Below are positions 42,423 through 51,046 of a stretch of 64,000 nt of DNA, piece by piece; the first letter of the stretch is position 1; each line of letters opens with the position of its first letter. Origin of the DNA: an uncultured Alphaproteobacteria bacterium (lineage in GTDB: Bacteria > Pseudomonadota > Alphaproteobacteria > RF32 > CAG-239); the NCBI GenBank assembly GCA_910585375.1, contig CAJUCZ010000002.1, positions 43,285 to 107,284 of the forward strand. The letters run 5' to 3'. Both the position numbers and the translations under genes were made by a program. The notes beneath the pieces were generated by a model, which did not search any database, was not told where the DNA came from, and was given only the letters and a program-made list of their open reading frames with translations.

Positions 42423-42524
42423 CTTCAAAAAACTGTTTTAAAAAGCAAAGAGCCGGAAAGTCAAAAGCTTCCGGCTCTCTCTGTTACAAACTCAAATAAT
42501 CCTCAAAAGACACATATTCCCGAC
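42423..42524. repeat. Direct repeat copy 2 (includes remnant PFKKLF-stop plus terminator plus the genuine 3' end of 42484..43206)
   Basis: About 90% identical to 41681-41783. Confidence 0.65.
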
Positions 42525-43206
42525 GTCCCGGTATCTCACCATCGAGAATCTCAGCCCCGATACAATTCCCGGTAATATACAGAGGAACAACTTTTCTCAT
42601 TCTCCCGTTTATTTGGGTATAAACTTTATCGCAAAACTTCTGCACCCGCACCGCTCTAAAATACTCATTATACGGCTTGGCATATTTCACCAAATGCTGC
42701 CACGGCACATTTTTACAAAACTCTTCCGGCGTTACCAAATACGGATTGGTTTTCTTTTTGCCGGTTTTCTCGTCAAACTCGGTCTTATAAAACACGGCAC
42801 CGATACAATAGCCGGTCTGTCCCTGAAAAGGCGGCAACATCAACGCATGAAACGAAGAATAACCATTTTTTTCAAGCTTCACCCCGTAACCGGCCGGATC
42901 AATATAAAACCGCTCAAAAGTCAACACATCGTCAGGACAATCCTGACAGGAAACCGCTGTATCGTCTTCTTTTACCAGACTGAAATAAGCATGGTTCCTG
43001 TACACCCCATCCTCAATCGTAACAAAAGACTGCAGAAACATTGATGTTGTTTCATTCATAAAGATTGCTGATTTTCTTTCCTGCCATAAGGAATCAGAAC
43101 CGATTTCGCTGGCAACAATCTTAAAGTCCAGACAACATTTTGCATCTATCGGGCTAAAACGCCCGTCCCACCAGTTGGGAACAAATTTTTCCGAATAAAT
43201 TTCCAT
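42484..43206 (-). CDS. Hypothetical protein (240 aa)
   Basis: ORF; C-terminus REYVSFEDYLSL. Confidence 0.45.
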   Translation of the reverse strand: MEIYSEKFVPNWWDGRFSPIDAKCCLDFKIVASEIGSDSLWQERKSAIFMNETTSMFLQSFVTIEDGVYRNHAYFSLVKEDDTAVSCQDCPDDVLTFERFYIDPAGYGVKLEKNGYSSFHALMLPPFQGQTGYCIGAVFYKTEFDEKTGKKKTNPYLVTPEEFCKNVPWQHLVKYAKPYNEYFRAVRVQKFCDKVYTQINGRMRKVVPLYITGNCIGAEILDGEIPGRREYVSFEDYLSL

Positions 43207-43420
43207 AATTATAAATTCTTAAGTAAATAATTCTTTATCGTGGTCAATATTACTATTATCCCACAAAAGAGTCAACCGGCTTTCTCAAACGGCAAACCTC
43301 AAATAACATAGGATAGATTTTCTTATTCTGTTGTCATCTGTTACAAAAAAGGATTAGATAAGACCTAATAAAAAGCAAACCGCTTTTTATACATAAATCA
43401 ACTACGTAAGGAGAACAGCA

Positions 43421-43771
43421 ATGGATGCTGCAAAAATAAAACAACTTTTTAATGAATATTTTATCAATACTTTGAAAAATGACTACGTTAACTATCAGGG
43501 ACGTGCCAACCGCCCGATGTATTGGTACTTTGTCTTGTTCAACCTCATTATAAGCATTATCATTTCAATCATCGCCGGCGCAACCGGATTACATATCCTG
43601 TCCAGCTTGTATTCTCTGGCCCTTTTCTGCCCGGGTGTCTGCCTCGGCATTCGCCGTATGCATGATTTGGGAAAAACCGGCTGGTGGATTCTGGTACCGC
43701 TTTACAACATTTATCTCCTCTGCCTCAAAGGCGAAGATAAAGACAATGCTTACGGCAAACCTGTCAAATAA
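43421..43771 (+). CDS. DUF805-family inner membrane protein
   Basis: GRANRPMYW ... RRMHDLGKTGWW motif pattern. Confidence 0.65.
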   Translation: MDAAKIKQLFNEYFINTLKNDYVNYQGRANRPMYWYFVLFNLIISIIISIIAGATGLHILSSLYSLALFCPGVCLGIRRMHDLGKTGWWILVPLYNIYLLCLKGEDKDNAYGKPVK

Positions 43772-43905
43772 GATCCGCCTTATTTTATAAAGCCTGCTCA
43801 ACGCAGGCTTTTTTTGCATCAAAAACGGCTTAATCTTAATTATTGACAATTTTAATATATAGCACATAATATACATATAAGTCAAACTATATAAAGGAAA
43901 AAAAT

Positions 43906-44412
43906 ATGAAAAAGTTTATATTATTTTTATCCGCATCATTCTTACTCCCCCTAAAAGCCTTTGCCAATCCGGCCTGTGCCGTATGTACCGTAGCAATCGG
44001 AGCCTCTGTCGGCATTGCCAGAAAACTCGGCATAGAAGACTCGATTGTAGGTTTGTGGGCCGGAGCATTGCTGACATTACTCGGCTACTGGACAATAATA
44101 TTTTTTGATAAAAAAAATTGGCACTTTTTCGGGCGAAATTTTTTGCTCATGCTTATTTCTGTCGGAATGATCGGCTTTATTTATATAAGTGAAGTAAGCT
44201 ACCAACCGCGGATTATTTGGCAGATTTTTTACCTCGACCCTATTTTGTTCAGCTCAATGTTAGGCATGCTTATCTACATATATTCGCAAAAATTCTACCA
44301 ATGGATGAAAATGAAAAACGACGGACATGCCCATTTTCCGTTTGAAAAAGTTGTTTTGCCGCTCATCCTCCTGCTCCTGACCAGCTTTTACCTGACCTGT
44401 TTTCCTGTTTGA
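43906..44412 (+). CDS. Hypothetical membrane protein with signal peptide
   Basis: ORF with several TM segments. Confidence 0.4.
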   Translation: MKKFILFLSASFLLPLKAFANPACAVCTVAIGASVGIARKLGIEDSIVGLWAGALLTLLGYWTIIFFDKKNWHFFGRNFLLMLISVGMIGFIYISEVSYQPRIIWQIFYLDPILFSSMLGMLIYIYSQKFYQWMKMKNDGHAHFPFEKVVLPLILLLLTSFYLTCFPV

Positions 44413-44440
44413 AGACAACACCCAACATAAATAAATGCCA

Positions 44441-44485
44441 CCTGCAAGAGGCGGCATTTATTTATGGCGTACCCGGACGGGGATA
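44441..44485. repeat. Copy of terminator hairpin + tRNA-Arg 3'-end fragment (aaataaatgccRcctgcaagaggcggcatttattta-tggcgtacccgg...)
   Basis: Near-identical to 44820-44878 at the genuine tRNA 3' end. Confidence 0.6.
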
Positions 44486-44676
44486 GGGACAAAAAACTGA
44501 CCAACGTCAGATTTTTGGCACGTATCCCTAGCTTTACTTGTTGAGCAAGGAAAGCGGCAGCAACCGCAGCGAAACTAAGAAAGCTTGGAGCCCTCCCCGT
44601 GAAAACAAGCTCCTGCGATGTTTGAACGGAAGGGTACATCACAAAAAATCCCCAGCAATGCAGGGGATTTTGAAGT

Positions 44677-44696
44677 GGCGTACCAGGAGGGATTAC
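44677..44696. repeat. Second displaced tRNA-Arg 3'-end fragment (tggcgtaccaggagggatt)
   Basis: 19 of 20 identical to the tRNA-Arg 3' end at 44856-44875. Confidence 0.55.
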
Positions 44697-44855
44697 TCTT
44701 CGCTTCGCTCCAAGTTGCACTGGCGCTCGTTCGCTTTGCTCACCGGCGTTCTCCCGCCCGCCTCTCTCTGGTAGTCAAACCCACTTACTCGTGGGTTCAA
44801 ATCCACCGCTCCACAACATAAATAAATGCCGCCTGCAAGAGGCGGCATTTATTTA

Positions 44856-44932
44856 TGGCGTACCCGGAGGGATTCGAACCCACGACCCTCGGCGTCGGAG
44901 GCCGATACTCTATCCAACTGAGCTACGGGTAC
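44856..44932 (-). tRNA. tRNA-Arg (anticodon CCG)
   Basis: Manual fold: acceptor GTACCCG/CGGGTAC, D-arm GCTC/GAGT, anticodon stem TCGGC/GCCGA with loop CTCCGAC, T-loop TTCGAAT, encoded CCA. One U-U mismatch in the T-stem. Confidence 0.8.
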
Positions 44933-45081
44933 ATAAACTGTCGCAAACAGTATTACAACAAAATTTTCAATAATTCTACAAAAAAAGTCATTTATCTCAA
45001 TTTTTTCTTGACTTCTAGCAAAATTGTAGTTATTAACAAGCCAACAGGTTTATTTTATGGTTAAGACAAAGGATTATAACA

Positions 45082-45375
45082 ATGGCTAAAAAATGTGATA
45101 TCGCAGGAACCGGCGCTATGAGCGGAAACAACGTTAGCCACGCTAACAACAAAACCCGCCGCCGCTTTTTGCCGAACTTGCAGAATGTTTCTCTGCTGAG
45201 CGAGACATTAGGCAAAATCTTCAAACTGAAAGTTTGCTCCAAAACTTTGCGTTCTATTGAACACAATGGTGGTTTGGATGCTTACTTGGAAGCTACTTCT
45301 AATACAAAATTGACTGAAGAAGCAGTTAAAATCAAAAAATCAATTGCAAAAAGCAAAGCTGCTGCCGCTGAATAA
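45082..45375 (+). CDS. rpmB: 50S ribosomal protein L28
   Basis: N-terminal AKKCDIAGTGAMSGNNVSHANNKTRRRFLPNLQ matches the L28 family. Confidence 0.85.
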   Translation: MAKKCDIAGTGAMSGNNVSHANNKTRRRFLPNLQNVSLLSETLGKIFKLKVCSKTLRSIEHNGGLDAYLEATSNTKLTEEAVKIKKSIAKSKAAAAE

Positions 45376-45534
45376 GCGCTTTCTTCAGAAGTTTTTATCA
45401 AGAACTCCCTCGGGAGTTCTTTTTTTATCCCCATAATTAACAGCCTGTGCAAAATCTGCAGCGAAATATTTTGAGTTTTACAAAAATCTTCGCTATAAAA
45501 AATCAAATAAAAAACATCAGGACTGTTATAGATT

Positions 45535-47010
45535 ATGGAAAATATAGATACCGCCAAACTGCCGCAAAATATTGAAGCCGAACAAGCGCTCCTCGGAGCA
45601 TTGCTTGCCAATAACAAAGCCTTTGAAAAAGTCTCCGAATTTTTAAAACCGGAACACTTTGCCGATCCGGTTCACGCCAAAATTTATGATATCATTTCCA
45701 AGCTCATCAGCAAAGGGCACATTGCTGACGTTATCACACTTAAAAACTACTTCGAACAAGAAGGGTTGCTTGATGAAGTCGGCGGCTACAAATATCTGGT
45801 CCAACTGGCCGACAGCTCTTCTCCGCTGACCAATGCCGAATATTATGCACAGTTTATTTATGACAAATACCTGCGCCGCGAACTAATTAACACCGGTTTT
45901 GAAATTGTCAACGAAGCCACAAAAGAAGATTTGGACTCCAACGCTTTTGACCAAATAGAAAGCGCCGAAAAAAAACTGTTCGAACTCTCCAATCAGGGCG
46001 ACACCCGCGGCGGCTTTGTAGACTTTTCCGAAGCCTTGAACAATTCATTGCACCTTATTGCCGAAGCCTATGAAAAAGACGGCAAAATCTCGGGTCTGCC
46101 CACCTCTTTGGATGCCCTTGATTACATGATTGGCGGCCTGAACAAATCAGACTTAATCATTATCGCCGGCCGTCCGGCCATGGGCAAAACCGCTCTGGCC
46201 ACCAATATCGCCTACAATGTTGCCGAATATATGGCCAATAACAAAAATCTGGATCCCAAAACCCGCGGTGTTGCATTTTTTTCACTGGAAATGTCCGCTG
46301 ACCAACTGGCAAGCCGTATTCTTTCCACCGTCACACAGACTAACGGTAAAAAAATGCGAAACGGCGAACTCGACAAAGCTGAATTTATGCGCATTGCCGC
46401 TGCCGTTCAGGAACTGGAACAAATTCCGCTTTACATTGATGATACGCCGGGCCTGAATATCAATATGATTCGTACCCGTGCCCGCCGTCTGCGCCGCAAT
46501 AAAGGACTCGGCGCCATTGTAATCGACTATATTCAATTAATTGTCGGCTCAGGCAGCAAAAAGAACGAAGGCAACCGCGTACAGGAATTGTCCGAAATTT
46601 CCCGCGGCTTAAAAATACTTGCCAAAGAACTGAACGTGCCGGTTATTGCTCTGTCACAGCTTAACCGCGGCGTAGAGCAGCGTGACGACAAACGTCCGGT
46701 CATGTCGGACCTGCGTGAATCCGGCTCAATCGAACAAGATGCCGATATTGTTATGTTCGTCTTCCGTGAAAATTATTATATTCAAAACGAAGAACCCAAG
46801 CAAAAAGCAGGTGAAACGCCGGAACACTTCCAAAAGCGTCAGGAAGAATGGGAAGAACGCCTGCGCCGTACCAAAAACATCGGTGAAGTTATTATCGGCA
46901 AACAGCGCCATGGCTCAACCGGTACGGTGCAACTGTTCTGGAACGGCGAATTTGCTCAATTCGGCAATTTGGCCAAAGACGAATACTTGCCGGAACAAGC
47001 CCGAGATTAA
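45535..47010 (+). CDS. dnaB: Replicative DNA helicase DnaB
   Basis: 491 aa with Walker A GRPAMGKT and DnaB N- and C-terminal domains. Confidence 0.9.
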   Translation: MENIDTAKLPQNIEAEQALLGALLANNKAFEKVSEFLKPEHFADPVHAKIYDIISKLISKGHIADVITLKNYFEQEGLLDEVGGYKYLVQLADSSSPLTNAEYYAQFIYDKYLRRELINTGFEIVNEATKEDLDSNAFDQIESAEKKLFELSNQGDTRGGFVDFSEALNNSLHLIAEAYEKDGKISGLPTSLDALDYMIGGLNKSDLIIIAGRPAMGKTALATNIAYNVAEYMANNKNLDPKTRGVAFFSLEMSADQLASRILSTVTQTNGKKMRNGELDKAEFMRIAAAVQELEQIPLYIDDTPGLNINMIRTRARRLRRNKGLGAIVIDYIQLIVGSGSKKNEGNRVQELSEISRGLKILAKELNVPVIALSQLNRGVEQRDDKRPVMSDLRESGSIEQDADIVMFVFRENYYIQNEEPKQKAGETPEHFQKRQEEWEERLRRTKNIGEVIIGKQRHGSTGTVQLFWNGEFAQFGNLAKDEYLPEQARD

Positions 47011-47033
47011 TCCTTTATCATAACAACAACTTG

Positions 47034-47068
47034 CGGATATGTACCTGTGTAACCAAGGTACATATTTT
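47034..47068. terminator. Terminator atatgtacct-gtgtaacca-aggtacatat plus T7
   Basis: Perfect 10-bp stem followed by a T-run after dnaB. Confidence 0.7.
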
Positions 47069-47094
47069 TTTATTAACTTTAAATTAAATAAATA

Positions 47095-47123
47095 TTGACA
47101 TTTAATGAAAGGTGGGGTATAAT
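47095..47123 (+). promoter_or_regulatory. Perfect consensus sigma70 promoter TTGACA-17 nt-TATAAT upstream of pilin paralog 1
   Basis: TTGACA at 47095-47100, 17-nt spacer, TATAAT at 47118-47123, AAGGAG RBS at 47137-47142. Confidence 0.7.
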
Positions 47124-47146
47124 TTATGTCATAAACAAGGAGAAAA

Positions 47147-47530
47147 ATGATGAACTTCCTCAGAAAAAACATTTGGACAATCTGCCTGATTCTGGCCTTT
47201 GTCCTCATTTCAGGATCAGCTATGGCGGCAACGGGCAGTCAAAGCAGCCTTATGGGTATTGCTAAACAAAAAGCCTTCACTACTTTCAACAATGTCAAAA
47301 ACATCATCTTTATCGTTGGCGGTTTCGGTCTGGTTTTGCTGGCCTTCAACGCCATCTTCGGCAAACTCAAATGGACGGCTTTTGCCTCGCTGGCCGTTGG
47401 TTTGGCAATTTTAGCCGCCGCCGGTGCTATCGTCCGTTACGCAACCGGTGATACAAACTTAAATGCCACAGGTCAGGGAGCTGACAGTTTTGGCGATACT
47501 TTCCAGCAATCTGCCGCAGACACTTACTAA
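47147..47530 (+). CDS. TrbC/VirB2-like type IV secretion pilin paralog 1
   Basis: Cleavable signal peptide (AMA), two hydrophobic segments separated by GK(L)KW, and a C-terminal IVRY. First 31 codons are identical to paralog 2. Confidence 0.6.
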   Translation: MMNFLRKNIWTICLILAFVLISGSAMAATGSQSSLMGIAKQKAFTTFNNVKNIIFIVGGFGLVLLAFNAIFGKLKWTAFASLAVGLAILAAAGAIVRYATGDTNLNATGQGADSFGDTFQQSAADTY

Positions 47531-47555
47531 AAGCATAAGGCGTTGCCTGAACAAC

Positions 47556-47644
47556 GCCTTATTCCTCGGAGAGAAACCCTTGCAAGTAAACCCAATTTAC
47601 GAGATTAATTTTCTCACCGGATTTCTCTCCGCCTCTTTTTATTA
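47556..47644 (+). other. Conserved 3' structured element copy 1 (10-bp stem cggagagaaa...tttctctccg enclosing ~45 nt), candidate ncRNA/3'UTR element
   Basis: About 97% identical to 51047-51135; follows a terminator hairpin aaggcgttg-cctgaa-caacgcctt. Confidence 0.45.
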
Positions 47645-48022
47645 ATGCCTTCCGCAACAACATCCTTCATGTTTCTTTCCGGTTTTCTTGCAGCAGTCAT
47701 CACCCCGTCCGCAATGACAGACATCATCGTCTCCGCAGTGGCCGCCGCAATCACACCCCTGATTGCCGCACGCACAGGTTTCTTCCGCCGTATTTTTGGT
47801 ATAGTATTCAAACTCACCGCTGCCGTCAGCATTAAACCGCGCAGAAAAACTGCCGGAACTAAAACTAAGTTTACCCGATTCGGCCTGCATAGAATCCGGA
47901 ATTTCGCCCTCGGCAATCGCCTGCTGCATTTTTTCCAATCTTTTCTTTTTTCCTTCGCAACACGCACAACCCGAGCCTTGTATCGGTCCTGAAATTAATA
48001 ATTTTGCCAGCCAGCCAAACAT
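47642..48022 (-). CDS. Cys/Gly-rich protein with metallothionein-like C-terminal domain (126 aa)
   Basis: C-terminal ETCACGNQGCDCGGHCGDDDVCHCGRGDDCCKKTGKKHEGCCCGRH. Strong RBS aaggagaaagaaaa before the ATG at 48022. Confidence 0.5.
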   Translation of the reverse strand: MFGWLAKLLISGPIQGSGCACCEGKKKRLEKMQQAIAEGEIPDSMQAESGKLSFSSGSFSARFNADGSGEFEYYTKNTAEETCACGNQGCDCGGHCGDDDVCHCGRGDDCCKKTGKKHEGCCCGRH

Positions 48023-48090
48023 TTTTCTTTCTCCTTAAAATCATTTATAGTATTATAGCGGACAAATCATTAAAAAAAAGGAAAAATGAA

Positions 48091-48528
48091 GTGCGGGAAC
48101 ACTTTTGGAAACATAAAAAACTTGCCGATTTTACGGAGGAAGAATGGGAAGCCGTCTGTATGAACTGCGGCAAATGCTGTCTGTTCAAACTGGAAGACGA
48201 AGACAGCGGCGAAATTTACTATACAAATGTCGCCTGCCGTTATTTCGACAAAGAACACTGCCGCTGCAGTTGCTATCAAGAACGCTGCAAACTGGTTCCG
48301 ACCTGCCTGAAACTAACCAAAGACAATGTCGATAAAATCAGCTGGATGCCGCAAAACTGCGCTTATCGCCGGCTGGCAGAAGGCAAAGGCCTGCCGGATT
48401 GGCACCCGCTCTTAAACAATGGTCAGATGGCTGAAGAACATACCATAAAAAACTATTGCATTTCGGAACTCGAAATTGATGAAAATGACCTTGAAGACCA
48501 TATTATCGAGGATTGGGATGAACAATGA
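48091..48528 (+). CDS. YcgN/UPF0260-family (CxxCxxCC) putative metal-binding protein, paralog 1 (GTG start)
   Basis: CMNCGKCC motif and PDWHPL; the N-terminus aligns with paralog 2 when started at the GTG at 48091. Confidence 0.6.
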   Translation: MREHFWKHKKLADFTEEEWEAVCMNCGKCCLFKLEDEDSGEIYYTNVACRYFDKEHCRCSCYQERCKLVPTCLKLTKDNVDKISWMPQNCAYRRLAEGKGLPDWHPLLNNGQMAEEHTIKNYCISELEIDENDLEDHIIEDWDEQ

Positions 48529-49031
48529 GCAACAAAGAATACAGCCTGGAAGCCGCATATGACCCGCAGTCGCGTTATGACGACTTGTCCCGATTCGAAC
48601 CGGAATTCTGGAAAAAGAAAAAATTGGAAGACCTGAACAAAGAAGAATGGGAACTTCTTTGCGACGGTTGCGGCAAATGCTGCCTGAACAAGCTTGAGAT
48701 TAAAGGAAAAATAAAATTCACCAACACCCGCTGTCGCTTTTTGGACTGCCAAAACTGCCTGTGTAAAATATACAGCCGCCGTTTTGAAAAAGTGCCGGAC
48801 TGCCGTGACATCGACCTTGCCGCCATTCGCGAAAAGCCCCGCTGGCTGCCGAAAACCTGTGCATATTGGCTTTTGGACAACGGCTTTGACCTGCCGGATT
48901 GGCACCCGCTGAAAACCGGCTGCGCCGACAGCGTCCATAAAGCAGGAATGTCGTTAAAAGACAAAGATACCGTTTCCGAAACAGGAATAGAAGATTATGA
49001 GAATTACATTATTGACTGGCCGGACCTTTGA
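48525..49031 (+). CDS. YcgN/UPF0260-family protein, paralog 2
   Basis: CDGCGKCC and PDWHPL motifs; tandem with paralog 1. Confidence 0.65.
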   Translation: MSNKEYSLEAAYDPQSRYDDLSRFEPEFWKKKKLEDLNKEEWELLCDGCGKCCLNKLEIKGKIKFTNTRCRFLDCQNCLCKIYSRRFEKVPDCRDIDLAAIREKPRWLPKTCAYWLLDNGFDLPDWHPLKTGCADSVHKAGMSLKDKDTVSETGIEDYENYIIDWPDL

Positions 49032-49707
49032 TTATGCTGCGGCTCTGGGCTACGATATCAAAGTTGTCAAATCGCCCCGTGCCAGCAAGCTGATTTTAAG
49101 AATTGACAATAAAGAAAGGATTCCCGTTCTGACAATACCGCGCTACTGCTCAAGCAAACGGGCTCTTGAATTTGTCCGCAGCAATCAGGAATGGATAGAT
49201 TCCTGCCTGTCCAAGATTCCGCAAATCAGACAGTTTCAGAACGGCGAACAACTGTCGCTCTTCGGCAAAACTTATACCGTCAGACATATGCCCAATGCCC
49301 GCGCCGGCGTCTTTTTTGACGGCGATTCGGTTTGCGTGTCCGGCGGACGGGAATTTTTGCACCGCCGCCTGCGCGATTTTATCAAAGAACAGGCGCAAAA
49401 AAAGTTTCGTCAGGCTTCACAGCGGCTGGCTGCAAAAATAGACTGCCATGTCAACGATGTTTATATCAAAGACACCAAAAGCCGCTGGGGCAGCTGCTCC
49501 AACCGCAATAATATTAACTATAACTGGCGGATTGCCTTAGCGCCGGACTATGTCATAAAATACCTGATTGCCCATGAAGTGTCCCACCTCCGCCATCCGG
49601 ATCATTCCGAAGACTTCTGGAACTGCGTTGCCTCTTTTGAACCGCGCTATCACAAAGGCCGCGACTGGTTGAAAGAACACGGCAAAGAACTTTATATCTA
49701 CGAATAA
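48997..49707 (+). CDS. YgjP-like (DUF45/M48-like) metal-dependent hydrolase
   Basis: HEVSHL zinc motif with the surrounding DUF45 pattern. Confidence 0.65.
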   Translation: MRITLLTGRTFDYAAALGYDIKVVKSPRASKLILRIDNKERIPVLTIPRYCSSKRALEFVRSNQEWIDSCLSKIPQIRQFQNGEQLSLFGKTYTVRHMPNARAGVFFDGDSVCVSGGREFLHRRLRDFIKEQAQKKFRQASQRLAAKIDCHVNDVYIKDTKSRWGSCSNRNNINYNWRIALAPDYVIKYLIAHEVSHLRHPDHSEDFWNCVASFEPRYHKGRDWLKEHGKELYIYE

Positions 49708-49771
49708 CGCCGTCACAAAGCTTGATTCACTCATAAAAAATTTCTATATTATATACAGATATAACCTAATT

Positions 49772-50512
49772 ATGGAGAAATTTCTTATGGAAAACAAAAT
49801 TTATACTGCACCTGTTGAAACGACTGTCGTCAACGAAGGTCTGCGTGAATACCTGATGAAAGTATTCAACTACATGGCCGGCGGCCTCTGCATTACCGCT
49901 CTGGCTTCTTATCTGATTATCAGCAATCCGTCGGTAATGCGGCTGTTTTATAACATCACGCCGCAAAGTGCCGGTCTCTCGGCCTTGGGCTGGATTGCCT
50001 TTTTGGCACCGCTGGTTATTGTTTTTGCCTTCGGCTGGGTTATCAACCGCGGCACCGCTTCTCAGGTTAAAGGCGTCTTTTGGCTGTATTCTGCATTGAT
50101 GGGCGTTTCGCTCTGCCCGATTCTGCTTTTATACACCGGTGAAAGCGTTACCCGTGTTTTCCTGATTACCGCTGCAACCTTTGGTGCCATGAGCCTTTAC
50201 GGCTATACTACCAAACGCGATTTAAGCGGTCTGGGCAGCTTTTTGATTATGGGACTGATCGGTGTTATTATCGCCATGGTCGTTAATATGTTTATGAAAA
50301 GCGAAACCATGTCTTATGCCCTCTCGGTATTGAGCGTTTTGATCTTCACCGGCTTAACAGCCTATGACATACAGAAAATCCGCGCAATGTATGTTGATTA
50401 TGAAGACAATGAAATAACAACCAAAAAAGCCGTTGCCGGCGCTTTGTCATTGTATCTTGACTTCATCAACATCTTCATCAATCTGCTGCGTTTGATGGGC
50501 GACCGCAGATAA
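49772..50512 (+). CDS. Bax-inhibitor-1/YccA-family membrane protein
   Basis: 7-TM profile with BI-1-like conserved loops. Confidence 0.7.
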   Translation: MEKFLMENKIYTAPVETTVVNEGLREYLMKVFNYMAGGLCITALASYLIISNPSVMRLFYNITPQSAGLSALGWIAFLAPLVIVFAFGWVINRGTASQVKGVFWLYSALMGVSLCPILLLYTGESVTRVFLITAATFGAMSLYGYTTKRDLSGLGSFLIMGLIGVIIAMVVNMFMKSETMSYALSVLSVLIFTGLTAYDIQKIRAMYVDYEDNEITTKKAVAGALSLYLDFINIFINLLRLMGDRR

Positions 50513-50594
50513 AATCCGCACCGGAAATTATAATTTCTAAAAAGAGTCTGAATTTTTCAGGCTCTTTTTTTATTAACTTTAAATTAAATAAATA

Positions 50595-50623
50595 TTGATA
50601 TTTATTGAAAGGTGGGATATAAT
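50595..50623 (+). promoter_or_regulatory. Near-consensus sigma70 promoter TTGATA-17 nt-TATAAT upstream of pilin paralog 2
   Basis: Duplicate of the 47095-47123 module with 3 substitutions. Confidence 0.65.
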
Positions 50624-50646
50624 TTATGTCATAAACAAGGAGAAAA

Positions 50647-51024
50647 ATGATGAACTTCCTCAGAAAAAACATTTGGACAATCTGCCTGATTCTGGCCTTT
50701 GTCCTCATTTCAGGATCAGCTATGGCTACCAATACCGGCGGCGGGCAAAACAGTTTGATGGATATTGCCAAAACCAAAGCCGGTACAACTTTTCAGAACG
50801 TAAAAAGCATTGTGTTTATCGTCGGGGGTTTTGGCTTGGTCTTGCTGGCCTTCGGTGCCATCTTCGGCAAAATCAAATGGTCGGCTTTTGCCTCGCTGGC
50901 CGTTGGTTTGGCGATTTTGGCTGCGGCCGGTTCTATCGTCAAATACGCAACCGGCGACAGTAAAGTAAGCGGACAAGAGAGCACTTATTTTGTAGATACA
51001 TTCCAAAATTCCGCAACAGACTAA
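50647..51024 (+). CDS. TrbC/VirB2-like type IV secretion pilin paralog 2
   Basis: Same architecture as paralog 1: identical signal peptide and a diverged mature region. Confidence 0.6.
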   Translation: MMNFLRKNIWTICLILAFVLISGSAMATNTGGGQNSLMDIAKTKAGTTFQNVKSIVFIVGGFGLVLLAFGAIFGKIKWSAFASLAVGLAILAAAGSIVKYATGDSKVSGQESTYFVDTFQNSATD

Positions 51025-51046
51025 AACAAAGGCGTTGCCTGAACAA

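Noticed and set aside
44736-44815. Possible second tRNA on the + strand (gtgggttcaaatccac T-arm-like motif)
   Set aside because: The T-stem has two mismatches, and there is no acceptor stem or CCA context. More likely a fragment of another tRNA left in the integration hotspot.
47645-47992. Track ORF of 115 aa on the + strand overlapping the Cys-rich minus-strand gene
   Set aside because: It has no RBS and a hydrophobic low-information sequence. The minus-strand frame has a strong AAGGAG RBS and a metal-binding-like domain, though this is not fully excluded without comparative data.
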